A stretch of 64,000 bases of DNA, taken from Parapedobacter sp. (GTDB taxonomy: Bacteria > Bacteroidota > Bacteroidia > Sphingobacteriales > Sphingobacteriaceae). How positions within the stretch are numbered: position 1 is the stretch's first letter; every line of letters starts with the position of its first letter. Below, piece after piece: positions 50,105 through 60,244 of the stretch. The DNA lies in contig JBBCJB010000045.1 in assembly GCA_037190485.1 (NCBI GenBank), positions 63,876 to 127,875 on the forward strand. The letters run 5' to 3'. Below the pieces are notes generated by a model. That model had not been told where the DNA came from, ran no database searches, and saw only the letters and a list, made by a program, of their open reading frames with translations. A program made the position numbers and the translations under genes.

Positions 50105-51313
50105 ATGCGTAAAATCCTCTTTCCGTTATTGACCCTCACCACCCTGCTTGGTGCCAACTCCGGTGCCTTCGGGCAACGCCAGACCGACGAGCGTCCAACC
50201 ATCGAGAATTTCAAGGGTATCCAGTATACCGGCGATGACTCGACCTTTTACATCAATTTCAGGTTCCGAATGCAAAACCGGCTCAAGTACACCACCAATA
50301 GCGGCACGGATTTGGGGTCAGGTAGTTTTGAAGCCCGCATCCGGCGTTTGCGGCTACGCATGGATGGCTACATGTACAGCCCGAAGTTATCGTACAGCAT
50401 CCAACTCGGTTTCACCCGGGGCGACCAGGACTATGACGATACCGATGTGGCCAACATCGTGCGCGATGCCGTCATATTCTACAATTTCACCGATGATTTC
50501 TATGTGGCATTGGGCCAAAACAAATTGCCCGGTAATCGCCAGCGCGTCAATTCTTCGGGAGAGCTCCAATTCGCCGAACGTTCGTTGGTCAACGCCACGT
50601 TCAATATCGACCGCGACTTCGGGATCAAGGCCTACTATTCGCCTAAACTGGGCGAAGTACCCATCCATTTCAAAGGAGCGATCACGACGGGCGAAGGACG
50701 GGTCGCGAACAACACCAATACCGGATTGGCCTATACGGGCCGGGCAGAAATCCTGCCACTTGGCGAGTTTACCAACGACGGCGACTATTATGAAGGCGAC
50801 CTGGAATACGAGCTGAGTCCAAAATTCGCCCTTGGCGGCGGGTACAGCTTCAACGACCGGACCTCACGCAGCGGTGGGCAGATCGGCAAATACGTAACGA
50901 CGCCGCTCACGCTCAAGACCACGTTCGTCGATGCCATCTTCAAGTACGTCGGCTGGGCCTACCAAATCGAATACATGAAGCGTGACACCGACAATCCATT
51001 CAGTACCGACAAAGACGGTGAGACCGCCTATGCCTACAAAGGGCAAGGCATCAATCAGCAACTCTCCTACCTGCTGAACAAGGACTCGGGTTACGAGTTG
51101 GCCGGACGATACACGTGGGTCATGCCGCATGACGATATACGGGCATTCGAGCAACAGACCGATGTGATAGAATTGGGGCTCACCAAGTATTTCCGCGCAC
51201 ATCGGCTCAAGCTCCAACTGAATGCGAATTACCTATCGAAGGCCGGCGTTTTCCGGACCGGCAACCCGGGCAATAACTGGGGCGGAACGTTCCAGATCGA
51301 GTTGGGGATCTGA
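50105..51313 (+). CDS. Outer-membrane porin (OprO/OprP-like family)
   Basis: Signal peptide; IRRLRLRMDG, LGQNKLP..RQR.NSS..LQFAERS, alternating beta strands, C-terminal QIELGI. Confidence 0.78.
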   Translation: MRKILFPLLTLTTLLGANSGAFGQRQTDERPTIENFKGIQYTGDDSTFYINFRFRMQNRLKYTTNSGTDLGSGSFEARIRRLRLRMDGYMYSPKLSYSIQLGFTRGDQDYDDTDVANIVRDAVIFYNFTDDFYVALGQNKLPGNRQRVNSSGELQFAERSLVNATFNIDRDFGIKAYYSPKLGEVPIHFKGAITTGEGRVANNTNTGLAYTGRAEILPLGEFTNDGDYYEGDLEYELSPKFALGGGYSFNDRTSRSGGQIGKYVTTPLTLKTTFVDAIFKYVGWAYQIEYMKRDTDNPFSTDKDGETAYAYKGQGINQQLSYLLNKDSGYELAGRYTWVMPHDDIRAFEQQTDVIELGLTKYFRAHRLKLQLNANYLSKAGVFRTGNPGNNWGGTFQIELGI

Positions 51314-51315
51314 TC

Positions 51316-52431
51316 ATGAGATACTATATCATCGCAGGCGAAGCCTCGGGCGATCTGCACGGCGCCAACCTGATCCGGGCGTTGCGTAGACTGGATGCAG
51401 GGGCTGAGTTCCGGATCGTCGGCGGCGACCGCATGCAGCGGGAGTCGGGCGAAGCGCCGCTCATCCACATCGCGCAGATGGCATTCATGGGGTTCGTCGA
51501 GGTGCTGGCCAACATCAAAGCCATTTCGCGGAACCTTCGCGCGGTAAAAGCCGATATCGCCGCCTATGCGCCGGATACGGTCGTCCTGATCGATTTCCCG
51601 GGTTTCAACCTCAAGATTGCCTCCTTCGCCAAACAAAGCGGGTTTAAGGTGTGCTATTACATTTCGCCGAAAGTATGGGCCTGGAACCAGCGACGCGTCC
51701 TGAAAATCAAGCGGGTGGTCGATCGGTTGTTCTGCATCCTGCCCTTTGAAGTCGATTTTTACAAGCAATGGGGCATGGACGTCGACTACGTGGGCAACCC
51801 GTTGCTAGACGCCATTGCCAACCACACCGCGAATCCGGATTTCCTATCGGACAATGGCCTAAGCCACAAACCCATCATCGCATTCCTACCCGGCAGCCGG
51901 AAGATGGAAATCAGCAAGCTGCTCCCCATCATGGGCGCGCTGTCGTTCCGATTCCCCGGCCACCAGTGCATCGTAGCCGGTGCGCCGAATTTCGACCTCG
52001 CCTACTATCGGCAATACCTTGGCGAGGCCAACCTGCCGATTGTCTCCAATGCCACCTATGACCTGCTTGCACATGCCGAAGCCGCTGTCGTGGCCAGCGG
52101 GACAGCCACCCTGGAGACCGCATTGCTCAACGTGCCGCAGGTGGTTGTCTACAAGGCCCACCCCCTATCCATTGCCATCGCGCGGCTGGTCATCAAGGTC
52201 AAGCACATCTCGTTGGTAAACCTCATCCTCGACAAGCCCGCGGTCAAGGAGCTGATCCAGCAGGAATGCACAGCGGCTAGCATCGCCGACGAACTTGACG
52301 AACTACTGAACAACAACGCCCATCGCGGCCAGGTCCTGGCAGACTACGGCACCCTGCATGAAAAAATGGGGCAGCCCGGCGCATCCGAACGGACGGCCGA
52401 ACGCATCACCGCCTACCTATCCGAGGCGTGA
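51316..52431 (+). CDS. lpxB: Lipid-A-disaccharide synthase
   Basis: IAGEASGDLHG, IDFPGFN, YISPKVWAW, ILPFE, VGNPL, LPGSR, SGTATLE. Confidence 0.97.
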   Translation: MRYYIIAGEASGDLHGANLIRALRRLDAGAEFRIVGGDRMQRESGEAPLIHIAQMAFMGFVEVLANIKAISRNLRAVKADIAAYAPDTVVLIDFPGFNLKIASFAKQSGFKVCYYISPKVWAWNQRRVLKIKRVVDRLFCILPFEVDFYKQWGMDVDYVGNPLLDAIANHTANPDFLSDNGLSHKPIIAFLPGSRKMEISKLLPIMGALSFRFPGHQCIVAGAPNFDLAYYRQYLGEANLPIVSNATYDLLAHAEAAVVASGTATLETALLNVPQVVVYKAHPLSIAIARLVIKVKHISLVNLILDKPAVKELIQQECTAASIADELDELLNNNAHRGQVLADYGTLHEKMGQPGASERTAERITAYLSEA

Positions 52432-53508
52432 TCGCACGGCGCCACCGACCAATTCACGGTAAAAATCCAAGCTCTCGCGGATCAGGTCTTCTTCCACGAA
52501 GTTATCGATGCTGCAATGGCCGATGGCCGTGAGCAAAGCGAATCCAATGTGTTCGCCCGCGTTCTTCTTATCGTTCTTCATCAGCGCGAGCAATTCGTCG
52601 TAGCATGCCGTACCATACGCGTAATCCGGGAAATGCGTCCGGAACGTGCCGATCAAATCGTGCAGTGCCCCTTCCGGAAGCCCGTTGACCTTATACGACA
52701 GGTAACCTTCGCAGATCATGCCCACCGCGATGGCTTCGCCATGCAACAGCGGATCACGGTCATGGACCAATGAATACCCTTCGATGGCGTGGCCGATGGT
52801 ATGGCCGAAATTCAATGTCTTGCGCAATCCCCTTTCCAATGGATCTTCGGTTACCACCCTGTTCTTGATGGCCACCGAATGCCGGATATGCTCCAATGAC
52901 ATCGCCTTGGCCGCCATCGCCTTTACCGTTTCGTAAAACGCGCGGTCGGCGATCAGTCCGTGCTTGATGACCTCGGCAAATCCGGAGGTCAGTTGCCGGT
53001 TGTCGAGGGTTCCGAGGAACCCGGTGGCGATGAATACGGCTTTGGGTTGGGTAAACGTACCGATGATGTTCTTCACGTTGCCCATATCGATCCCCGTTTT
53101 GCCCCCCACGGAAGCGTCCACCTGGGACAACAGCGTGGTCGGCACCTGCACGAAATCAATGCCCCGTTTGAACGTCGATGCCGCGAATCCACCCATATCC
53201 GTGACCACGCCACCGCCCAGGTTGATCAGCAGGCTTTGGCGGTCGGCACCGAAATCCAACAGCATCCGCCAGATGCCCACGCAGAAATCGATGTTCTTGT
53301 TCTCCTCGCCGGGATCCACCTCGATGACATCAAAGGCATCGAATCCCGGCAGCGCAGCCTGCAATACCGGCAAACAATGCGTACAGGTGTTCCTGTCGGT
53401 GAGCACCAACACCCTCGAATACGTATTTTTCTGTAGAAAGTTACCCAGTTCGGCCAGTGTATCGTCGAAATACACGTTGTAGCCCGTGCTTGGCAGGTAA
53501 TGGTCCAT
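52417..53508 (-). CDS. aroB: 3-dehydroquinate synthase
   Basis: LGGGVVTDMGGFAASTFKRG, PTTLLSQVDASVGGKTG, EVIKHG, LNFGHTIGHAIE, HGEA, DKK. Confidence 0.97.
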   Translation of the reverse strand: MDHYLPSTGYNVYFDDTLAELGNFLQKNTYSRVLVLTDRNTCTHCLPVLQAALPGFDAFDVIEVDPGEENKNIDFCVGIWRMLLDFGADRQSLLINLGGGVVTDMGGFAASTFKRGIDFVQVPTTLLSQVDASVGGKTGIDMGNVKNIIGTFTQPKAVFIATGFLGTLDNRQLTSGFAEVIKHGLIADRAFYETVKAMAAKAMSLEHIRHSVAIKNRVVTEDPLERGLRKTLNFGHTIGHAIEGYSLVHDRDPLLHGEAIAVGMICEGYLSYKVNGLPEGALHDLIGTFRTHFPDYAYGTACYDELLALMKNDKKNAGEHIGFALLTAIGHCSIDNFVEEDLIRESLDFYRELVGGAVRSRLG

Positions 53509-53516
53509 CGGTCTGA

Positions 53517-53942
53517 TCAGCGTATTGTCATTAACTTAAGTTCAAAATCCTTTACCCGTTCGTAATACGGGATGGTTGACCTCCGTGCGAACTGGATGAA
53601 ATTCATGATGGTGCTGTCGCGTTGGTGCTGCGGGATCGAGGGCAGTACATCCTGTCCCTTCTCGTCCAGGATACGGAGCCCCGCCGTCCCCTTTATCGAG
53701 TCGGGAAACTGTTGGATGTGCATCAATACCGATGCAAACTTCTGTACGCCCTTGGAATAAGCCCCCAACGGCGAGGGGGCCGACACCGTATCGGTCTCCA
53801 GTTTCTCCACCAGCGCGTCAGCGCCTTTCCGCTCGTAGGTTTCCACCTCCACGGCCAGGACGTAGCGGCCTTCCGTATTCTTTTTGCCGTCGTTGCATGC
53901 AAACAACCCAGCGGCCAAGCCCATCACCATCCATTTCTTCAT
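53517..53942 (-). CDS. Uncharacterised lipoprotein
   Basis: Lipobox MKKWMVMGLAAGLFA-C; co-oriented between the S4 gene and aroB. Confidence 0.7.
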   Translation of the reverse strand: MKKWMVMGLAAGLFACNDGKKNTEGRYVLAVEVETYERKGADALVEKLETDTVSAPSPLGAYSKGVQKFASVLMHIQQFPDSIKGTAGLRILDEKGQDVLPSIPQHQRDSTIMNFIQFARRSTIPYYERVKDFELKLMTIR

Positions 53943-53945
53943 GGC

Positions 53946-54155
53946 CTATCCCACTAATTTCACTTGCTTTCCATCGAACTCCACCTCGTCTCCCGGCTTT
54001 ACCTTGAGCCGCTTGCGGTAATCCACGCCGCCGTTGTACTTCACAAGCCCTGCGGTCACCACGGCCTGCGCCTGGCCACCGTGTTCCACCCAATTCAGCA
54101 CCTTGAGCAACTGGATCAACTGGATGTATTCGCCCGAAATCTTAAAGGTAACCAT
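53946..54155 (-). CDS. S4-like RNA-binding protein (YbcJ/YaaA type)
   Basis: EYIQLIQLLK....GGQA...G.VKYNG....RKRLKVKPGDEV. Confidence 0.9.
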   Translation of the reverse strand: MVTFKISGEYIQLIQLLKVLNWVEHGGQAQAVVTAGLVKYNGGVDYRKRLKVKPGDEVEFDGKQVKLVG

Positions 54156-54160
54156 GGCGG

Positions 54161-54226
54161 CAAAGGTACGCGTAAACTACGGCTAAACCAAAGGCTTGCA
54201 TATGAAAGGCAAGTTATCTATGTTTG
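54161..54226. promoter_or_regulatory. Divergent -7 promoter elements (S4 gene / ychF)
   Basis: TACCTTTG on the minus strand (54168-54161); TATGTTTG on the plus strand (54219-54226). Confidence 0.6.
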
Positions 54227-54250
54227 CACCGTTTTACAAGAAAGAATTCC

Positions 54251-55351
54251 ATGGCATTACAATGCGGCATCGTCGGCCTACCCAACGTCGGAAAATCCAC
54301 CCTATTCAACTGCCTGTCCAATGCAAAGGCACAGGCAGCCAATTTCCCATTCTGTACCATCGAGCCCAACGTGGGCGTCATCACCGTGCCCGATGACCGG
54401 TTGAATAAACTGGCCGAACTGGTCAAACCCCAACGGGTGGTACCCAATACCATCGAAATCGTGGACATCGCCGGATTGGTCAAGGGAGCCAGCAAAGGCG
54501 AAGGCTTGGGCAACCAATTCCTGGGAAACATCCGGAATACCGATGCCATCATCCATGTACTTCGCTGCTTTGACGACGGCAACGTCATCCACGTGGACGG
54601 ATCGGTAGACCCCATTCGCGACAAGGAAATCATCGACACGGAATTGCAGCTCAAAGACCTGGATTCTGTTACCAAGCGGATCCAAAAGGTAGAGAAACAA
54701 GCGAAAACCGGGGGCGACAAGGAAGCGAAGCGCAGTTATGAGATCCTGTCGATCATCAAAAGCCACCTGGAATCGGGCAAGTCGGCACGTACGGCCAGCA
54801 TATCCGAAGAGGACTTCGAATTCGTCAGCGACCTCGCCCTGCTCACCGTCAAACCGATCCTGTATGTCTGCAATGTCGATGAAGCGTCGGTGAACACGGG
54901 CAACGCCTACGTGGATCGCGTCAAGGAAGCCGTCAAGGAAGAAAAAGCCGCCGTCTTGGTCATCTCCGCACAGATCGAGTCGGAGATCGCGCAGCTGGAA
55001 AGCTACGAAGAGCGCCAACTCTTCCTGGAAGACCTGGGCCTGAACGAGTCGGGCGTCAACAAACTCATCCGTGCCGCCTACAAGTTATTGGATTTGGCCA
55101 CGTATTTCACGGCGGGCGTGCAAGAAGTACGCGCCTGGACCATTGAAAACGGATTTACCGCCCCCCAGGCCGCCGGTGTCATCCATACCGACTTCGAGAA
55201 AGGCTTCATCCGCGCAGAGGTCATCAAATACGCGGATTTCGTGCAATACGGGTCGGAGGCCGCCGTCAAGGAAGCGGGGAAATTGGGCGTGGAAGGCAAG
55301 GGCTATATCGTGCAGGATGGCGACATCATGCATTTCCGGTTCAATGTATAG
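54251..55351 (+). CDS. ychF: Ribosome-binding ATPase YchF (Obg family)
   Basis: GIVGLPNVGKSTLFN, NFPFCTIEPN, DIAGLVKGASKGEGLGNQFL, GFIRAEV, DGDIMHFRFNV. Confidence 0.98.
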   Translation: MALQCGIVGLPNVGKSTLFNCLSNAKAQAANFPFCTIEPNVGVITVPDDRLNKLAELVKPQRVVPNTIEIVDIAGLVKGASKGEGLGNQFLGNIRNTDAIIHVLRCFDDGNVIHVDGSVDPIRDKEIIDTELQLKDLDSVTKRIQKVEKQAKTGGDKEAKRSYEILSIIKSHLESGKSARTASISEEDFEFVSDLALLTVKPILYVCNVDEASVNTGNAYVDRVKEAVKEEKAAVLVISAQIESEIAQLESYEERQLFLEDLGLNESGVNKLIRAAYKLLDLATYFTAGVQEVRAWTIENGFTAPQAAGVIHTDFEKGFIRAEVIKYADFVQYGSEAAVKEAGKLGVEGKGYIVQDGDIMHFRFNV

Positions 55352-55577
55352 TGCAATGGATAACGCCCCCTCCCCCATCCACCGGGCGGTGGAAGGGTTG
55401 GGGTACGTTGCAAACACATGAGTCTTTAAGCTTGTTTCGTTGACGAAATTGCCACAGTTTTATCAAAAATACAATGGTATGGACAATTTTCCGTCATTTT
55501 AACGGCTCACACTCAAAATAACAGCGCTAAACGGCATCATTTCATCCCTAAAGGCACGTTTTGTCATATTTCCCCAA

Positions 55578-58500
55578 TCATTGAAAATTCCGTCCCTTAT
55601 GGAATACCCCCGCCACGTTTCCGAAACCGGGAATGGACAACCCGCGCAGCCACGTGTTCAAATTGGCGCAATGCTGCACAACGATGTGGATTACCTCGCC
55701 TTCGATCTGCAGCTTGCCGACCGCCAGCAACAAGCGCGATTGCAGGATTTCGCGGCGGTATTTCTCGAACATGTTGCCCCAGACCACCAGGTTGGCAAAA
55801 CCCGTTTCGTCCTCGATGGTCACGAATAGCACCCCTTTGGCCGTACCCGGCCGCTGCCGCACCGTGATCATGCCGCAGACCTTCACGAACTGGCCATCGG
55901 CCAGCTTGGGCAGCGACCCCGTGGGCGTCACGCGCAGCAGGTCCAACCGCTCCCGCAGGAAACTCACCGGATGCGCCTTGATGGAAAGCGAGGTGCTGGC
56001 GTAATCCTGCACCACGTGTTCGCCTGCGGTCATGAGGGGCAGCTCGATCTGGCCCTCCTTCGTGCATGCGGCGGGCTGCCCCTCGAACAGCGCGATGGGC
56101 CTGTCCGGCAAGGCGGATACCTGCCACAACGCTTGCCTGCGATCCAACCCCATCGAGCGGAACGCGTCGGCATCGGCAAGCCGCTCCAACGCAGCCAACG
56201 GCACCCCGGCGTCCATCAATCCAGTCAGTGACCGATACCCGGTATTGCGGCCTTCAACCAAACCTTGCATCTCCTCGGCCGCCAACCCCTTCACCAAGCG
56301 GAATCCAAGCCGAAGGGCGTGGTAGCGCTCGTCGCCCCCCCTGACCAAGGCATGGTCCCATTGGGAATGGTTCACGTCTACGGGCAGCACCTCCACCCCA
56401 TGCTTGCGGGCATCGATCACGATCTGCGCCGGCTGGTAGAACCCCATGGGCTGGCTGTTGAGCAGGGCCGCCGCGAAGATATCGGGGTAATGGCACTTGA
56501 TCCACGACGAGATGTACACGAGCAACGCGAAGGAAGCCGCATGGCTTTCGGGAAAGCCGTAGCTGCCGAACCCCTCCAGCTGCTTGAACACCCGGTTGGC
56601 GAATTCGGCCGTATAGCCTTTCTTGACCATGCCCTCCACCATCATGTCGCGGAAACGGCTCACTTCGCCCTTGGCCTTGAAGGTCGCCATGCTCCGGCGC
56701 AGCTCGTCGGCCTGTGCCGCCGAGAAACCCGCTGCCACGATCGCGATTTCCATGGCCTGCTCCTGGAACAGGGGCACGCCCTTCGTCTTCTCCAAAATAC
56801 CCCTGATCTCTTCGGATGGATAATCCACCTCTTCCTGGCCGTTGCGCCGCCGGAGGTAGGGATGCACCATGTCGCCCTGTATCGGGCCCGGCCGCACGAT
56901 GGCCACCTCGATCACCAGGTCATAGAATTCCCTTGGCCGCAGGCGCGGCAGCATCGACATCTGTGCCCGGCTCTCGATCTGGAACACGCCCAAGGTATCG
57001 GCATGGCAGATCATGTCATATACCTTCGGGTCTTCATCCTCAAACTTACCCAAGTCCAGGTCGAGCCCGTAATGCCGATTGGCCAGGTCGAATGCCTTGC
57101 GCATGCAGGTGAGCATCCCCAGGCCCAGCACATCCACCTTCAGGAAGCCGAGCGCCTCCAGGTCGTCCTTGTTCCACTCCAGGTTGGTCCGATCCGCCAT
57201 GCGGGCGTTGATGATGGGGCACAGCTCATCCAACCGGCCCTGGGTAATGACGAATCCGCCGGTGTGCTGCCCGAGCTGCCGCGGGAAGCCGATGTATTCG
57301 TGGGTGAGCTGCAACACCTTCCGCAGGTGCGGGTCATTGGCGTCAAAGCCCTGCTCGGCCAACAGCTGCACATCGATATCGTTCTCCCAATGGCTGCTCA
57401 CCGTACCGGCGAGGCGGCCTACCGCATCGAGCGATAGCCCCATGGCCTTGCCTACGTCGCGCACGGCACCCCTGGCCCTTACCTGGGTCACGGTTGCCAC
57501 GATGGCGGCGCGATCGCGGGTGTATTTCGCGTAGATGTATTGGATCACCTCCTCGCGGCGCTCGTGCTCGAAGTCGACGTCGATATCGGGCGGTTCGTCG
57601 CGCGCATCCGACATGAAGCGCGCGAACAGCAACCGAACCTTCGTCGGATCGACCGCCGTGATGCCCAGGCAGTAGCACACGGTGGAGTTCGCGGCCGACC
57701 CACGCCCCTGGCACAGGATGCCTCGGCCACGGGCAAACTGCACATAATCGTTCACGGTGAGGAAATAAGAAGCGTACCCTTTCTTTTCGATGAACGCCAG
57801 CTCATCGTTGATGGCCTTCCTGATCGGATCCGGGATAGCGTCGCCGAACCGGCCTTCCGCACCCTTCCAGGTCAGGTGGGCCAATTCCTGCTGCGGCGTG
57901 CGCCCTGCGGTGGTGAGCTCTTCGGGATACACGTACCTGAGTTCATCGAGCGAAAACGAACAGGCCTCGGCGATGGCCTCCGCATTGCGGATCGCACCGG
58001 GATACTGCCTGAACAGCCGCTCCATCTCGTCCTTCGGCTTGAGGTAGCGCTCCGCGTTCGGATGCAGCCGATAACCCGCGGCCTGCACGGTGCATTTCTC
58101 GCGGATGCAGGTGAGCACGTCCTGCAATTCGCGCCGCTCGGGCACGTGGTAATGCACGTCGTTCAGCGCCACCATGGGCACCCCCAGCCGTTGGCCAAGC
58201 CCATGGATGCGGAACAGCTTCTTGGCATCGTCGCCCGTATAGGTACGCACGGCACCGAGGCACAGCTGGCTGCCCAACGCCTCCCGGTACTCGGTGATGT
58301 CGTTCACGTAGCCCGGCTCGAGTTCAAAGGAGGCCGTCAGCGCATCGGGCGGCACCGCGACGAACAGCATGCCCTTGCCATATCCATACACGTCGGCTTT
58401 GTACAGGTGGCACTGCCCCTTTTCCGCGCGGCGGTTGCCGGCGGTCAACAACCTCGAGAGCCTTCCGTAGGCTTCCCGGTCGGTTGGATACGCCAGGAGG

Positions 58501-58721
58501 CTTGTCCCATCCAGCAGGTCGAGCCGACACCCCGGAATGAGGCGCACGCCGTGCTTCCTGGCCGCCATGTGCGCCCGCACGATGCCCGCGAAGCTGTTGC
58601 GGTCGGTCACCGCGATGGCCCCGTGCCGCAACGCAGCGGCGCGCTCCACCAATTCCTCCGGGTGGGAAGCCCCCCGGAGGAAGCTGAAATTCGTCGTCAC
58701 CTGCAGTTCAACGTACGCCAT
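55578..58721 (-). CDS. dnaE2: Error-prone DNA polymerase DnaE2 (ImuC)
   Basis: TTNFSFLRGASHPEEL, GRGSAANS, PPDIDVDFE, QHTGGF, KVDVLGLGML, YGFPESHA, C-terminal RNF motif. Confidence 0.96.
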   Translation of the reverse strand: MAYVELQVTTNFSFLRGASHPEELVERAAALRHGAIAVTDRNSFAGIVRAHMAARKHGVRLIPGCRLDLLDGTSLLAYPTDREAYGRLSRLLTAGNRRAEKGQCHLYKADVYGYGKGMLFVAVPPDALTASFELEPGYVNDITEYREALGSQLCLGAVRTYTGDDAKKLFRIHGLGQRLGVPMVALNDVHYHVPERRELQDVLTCIREKCTVQAAGYRLHPNAERYLKPKDEMERLFRQYPGAIRNAEAIAEACSFSLDELRYVYPEELTTAGRTPQQELAHLTWKGAEGRFGDAIPDPIRKAINDELAFIEKKGYASYFLTVNDYVQFARGRGILCQGRGSAANSTVCYCLGITAVDPTKVRLLFARFMSDARDEPPDIDVDFEHERREEVIQYIYAKYTRDRAAIVATVTQVRARGAVRDVGKAMGLSLDAVGRLAGTVSSHWENDIDVQLLAEQGFDANDPHLRKVLQLTHEYIGFPRQLGQHTGGFVITQGRLDELCPIINARMADRTNLEWNKDDLEALGFLKVDVLGLGMLTCMRKAFDLANRHYGLDLDLGKFEDEDPKVYDMICHADTLGVFQIESRAQMSMLPRLRPREFYDLVIEVAIVRPGPIQGDMVHPYLRRRNGQEEVDYPSEEIRGILEKTKGVPLFQEQAMEIAIVAAGFSAAQADELRRSMATFKAKGEVSRFRDMMVEGMVKKGYTAEFANRVFKQLEGFGSYGFPESHAASFALLVYISSWIKCHYPDIFAAALLNSQPMGFYQPAQIVIDARKHGVEVLPVDVNHSQWDHALVRGGDERYHALRLGFRLVKGLAAEEMQGLVEGRNTGYRSLTGLMDAGVPLAALERLADADAFRSMGLDRRQALWQVSALPDRPIALFEGQPAACTKEGQIELPLMTAGEHVVQDYASTSLSIKAHPVSFLRERLDLLRVTPTGSLPKLADGQFVKVCGMITVRQRPGTAKGVLFVTIEDETGFANLVVWGNMFEKYRREILQSRLLLAVGKLQIEGEVIHIVVQHCANLNTWLRGLSIPGFGNVAGVFHKGRNFQ

Positions 58722-58735
58722 CTCCCTTCAAATCG

Positions 58736-60238
58736 CTAAGCGAAAAATCCATGCAGGAACCATTGGCGCGCGCTGTCATCGCCGTAATGGCCCGAGCGGT
58801 ACAGCCAATACCTGCGCCCGCGGTCATCCTCCACCTGGTAATAGTCGCGATGCTCGCCCGGATCCATCCACCACTCCCGTTCGATGCGCTCGGGCCCGTC
58901 GGCCTTCTTGATCACGTGCGCCTCGCCCCGGTGGCGGAAATGAAGGGGCGGGTAATCGGGTATGGGGGCCGACACCTCGATCGGCTCAGGCTTGGCAAGC
59001 AGCCGCGTGGGCCGTGGCCGGTCGCCTTTCCAGGATGCCGCCGGCTTTTCGTCGATGGAAACCGCCTCCCTGTACGAACGTTCCGGCCAATGGTGCTCGT
59101 CGGGCAGGAACCGGTAGACCGCCCGCGTGCCGGCACGGCCCTTCAGCCGGTCGATCAGTTCGGCAAGCTCCGCGCCCTCCAATCCCGGCGCGCCGTCCCA
59201 TAGCGCTTCCTGCACGGGGTCGGCATCTTCCACCTTGGGCGCTTCCAGCACGAAGAGCTCGATGCCCAGCGCGGGTTCGATATGCGGCACCTTGAGCGCA
59301 AACAGCTTCATCAGGTGCGGCACGCTGGCCGTGGCCCGGCTGGTGGCGATGCCCACCTGGACCGACCTGCCATCCACCCGGTGGCATTTCAGGTTGGCGG
59401 TCCGCAGTCCCTTGCCCTCGCCGCACAGCCGCTTGCAGAGCGGTTCGAGCAAACGCCCTATCGCCACCTCGATCCCAGCCGCCGTACGGATGGGCTCCAG
59501 GCAGGGCAGCCGTTCTTCGTATGGGGGCGTGGGCCTCAGCGGCACGAGGGACTCGTCATCGTGGCCAAGCGCCTGGCGTAGCCGTAGCGGCAACGGCTCG
59601 CCGAATCGCCTCCGGAGCGCGGATGGCGGCATGCGCATGAAGCTGCCCACGGTACGCAGGCCCAATCGATACAGCCGGTCGGCAACGCCGGGTTCCAGCC
59701 GCAATGCCGCAGGCGGCAGCGGCTGCAAGGCTTCGGCTTCGCCACCCTGTGGCACGATGGGCGTCGCCCGGCCGAAACGGGCCACCGCCCAGGCCGCACC
59801 GACGGTGCCGGCGATGGCCATGCGCACCTGGAAACCCCGTTTCCGCAATCCCGTTGCGCACGCTTCCAGGTAAGGCGTTTCGCCCCCCCACAGGTGGGCA
59901 CAACCGCTGATGTCCAGCAGCAGCCCATCCGGCGGATCCACCGCCACGATGGGCGTATAACGGATACACCACAGCCCCAGCACCTTCAGCAATCTCGCCG
60001 CCAGTTGCGGGCGGTCGTCGGCCACCTCCAGGCCGGGCAGGCATGCCTTCGCATCGGCCACCACCATCCCGCTGCTGATGCCTTGTGCCTGGGCCACGGC
60101 ATTCGCCTCGGTAATCACCATCCGTCCATGCACGGGCGTGGCCAATGCGAACGGCACCGTGCGCAGCGCGGGGTCGCGGATGGCATGCCTGTCGGTGGCC
60201 AGGCACGGAAACCAGATCGATGCGAAGCGCCTCTCCAT
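58736..60238 (-). CDS. imuB: ImuB, Y-family polymerase-like mutasome scaffold
   Basis: YTPIVA.D.PDGLLLDISGCAHLWGGE, LRRRFG, ERIEREWW, RDYYQVED, WFLHG. Confidence 0.93.
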   Translation of the reverse strand: MERRFASIWFPCLATDRHAIRDPALRTVPFALATPVHGRMVITEANAVAQAQGISSGMVVADAKACLPGLEVADDRPQLAARLLKVLGLWCIRYTPIVAVDPPDGLLLDISGCAHLWGGETPYLEACATGLRKRGFQVRMAIAGTVGAAWAVARFGRATPIVPQGGEAEALQPLPPAALRLEPGVADRLYRLGLRTVGSFMRMPPSALRRRFGEPLPLRLRQALGHDDESLVPLRPTPPYEERLPCLEPIRTAAGIEVAIGRLLEPLCKRLCGEGKGLRTANLKCHRVDGRSVQVGIATSRATASVPHLMKLFALKVPHIEPALGIELFVLEAPKVEDADPVQEALWDGAPGLEGAELAELIDRLKGRAGTRAVYRFLPDEHHWPERSYREAVSIDEKPAASWKGDRPRPTRLLAKPEPIEVSAPIPDYPPLHFRHRGEAHVIKKADGPERIEREWWMDPGEHRDYYQVEDDRGRRYWLYRSGHYGDDSARQWFLHGFFA

Positions 60239-60244
60239 ATCCCG

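Noticed and set aside
52417-52431. 15-bp convergent overlap of lpxB and aroB
   Set aside because: Short tail-to-tail overlaps are common and need no special explanation
55428-55440. AAGCTTGTTTCG as a third copy of the MITE-like end
   Set aside because: The match is too short and has no partner inverted repeat
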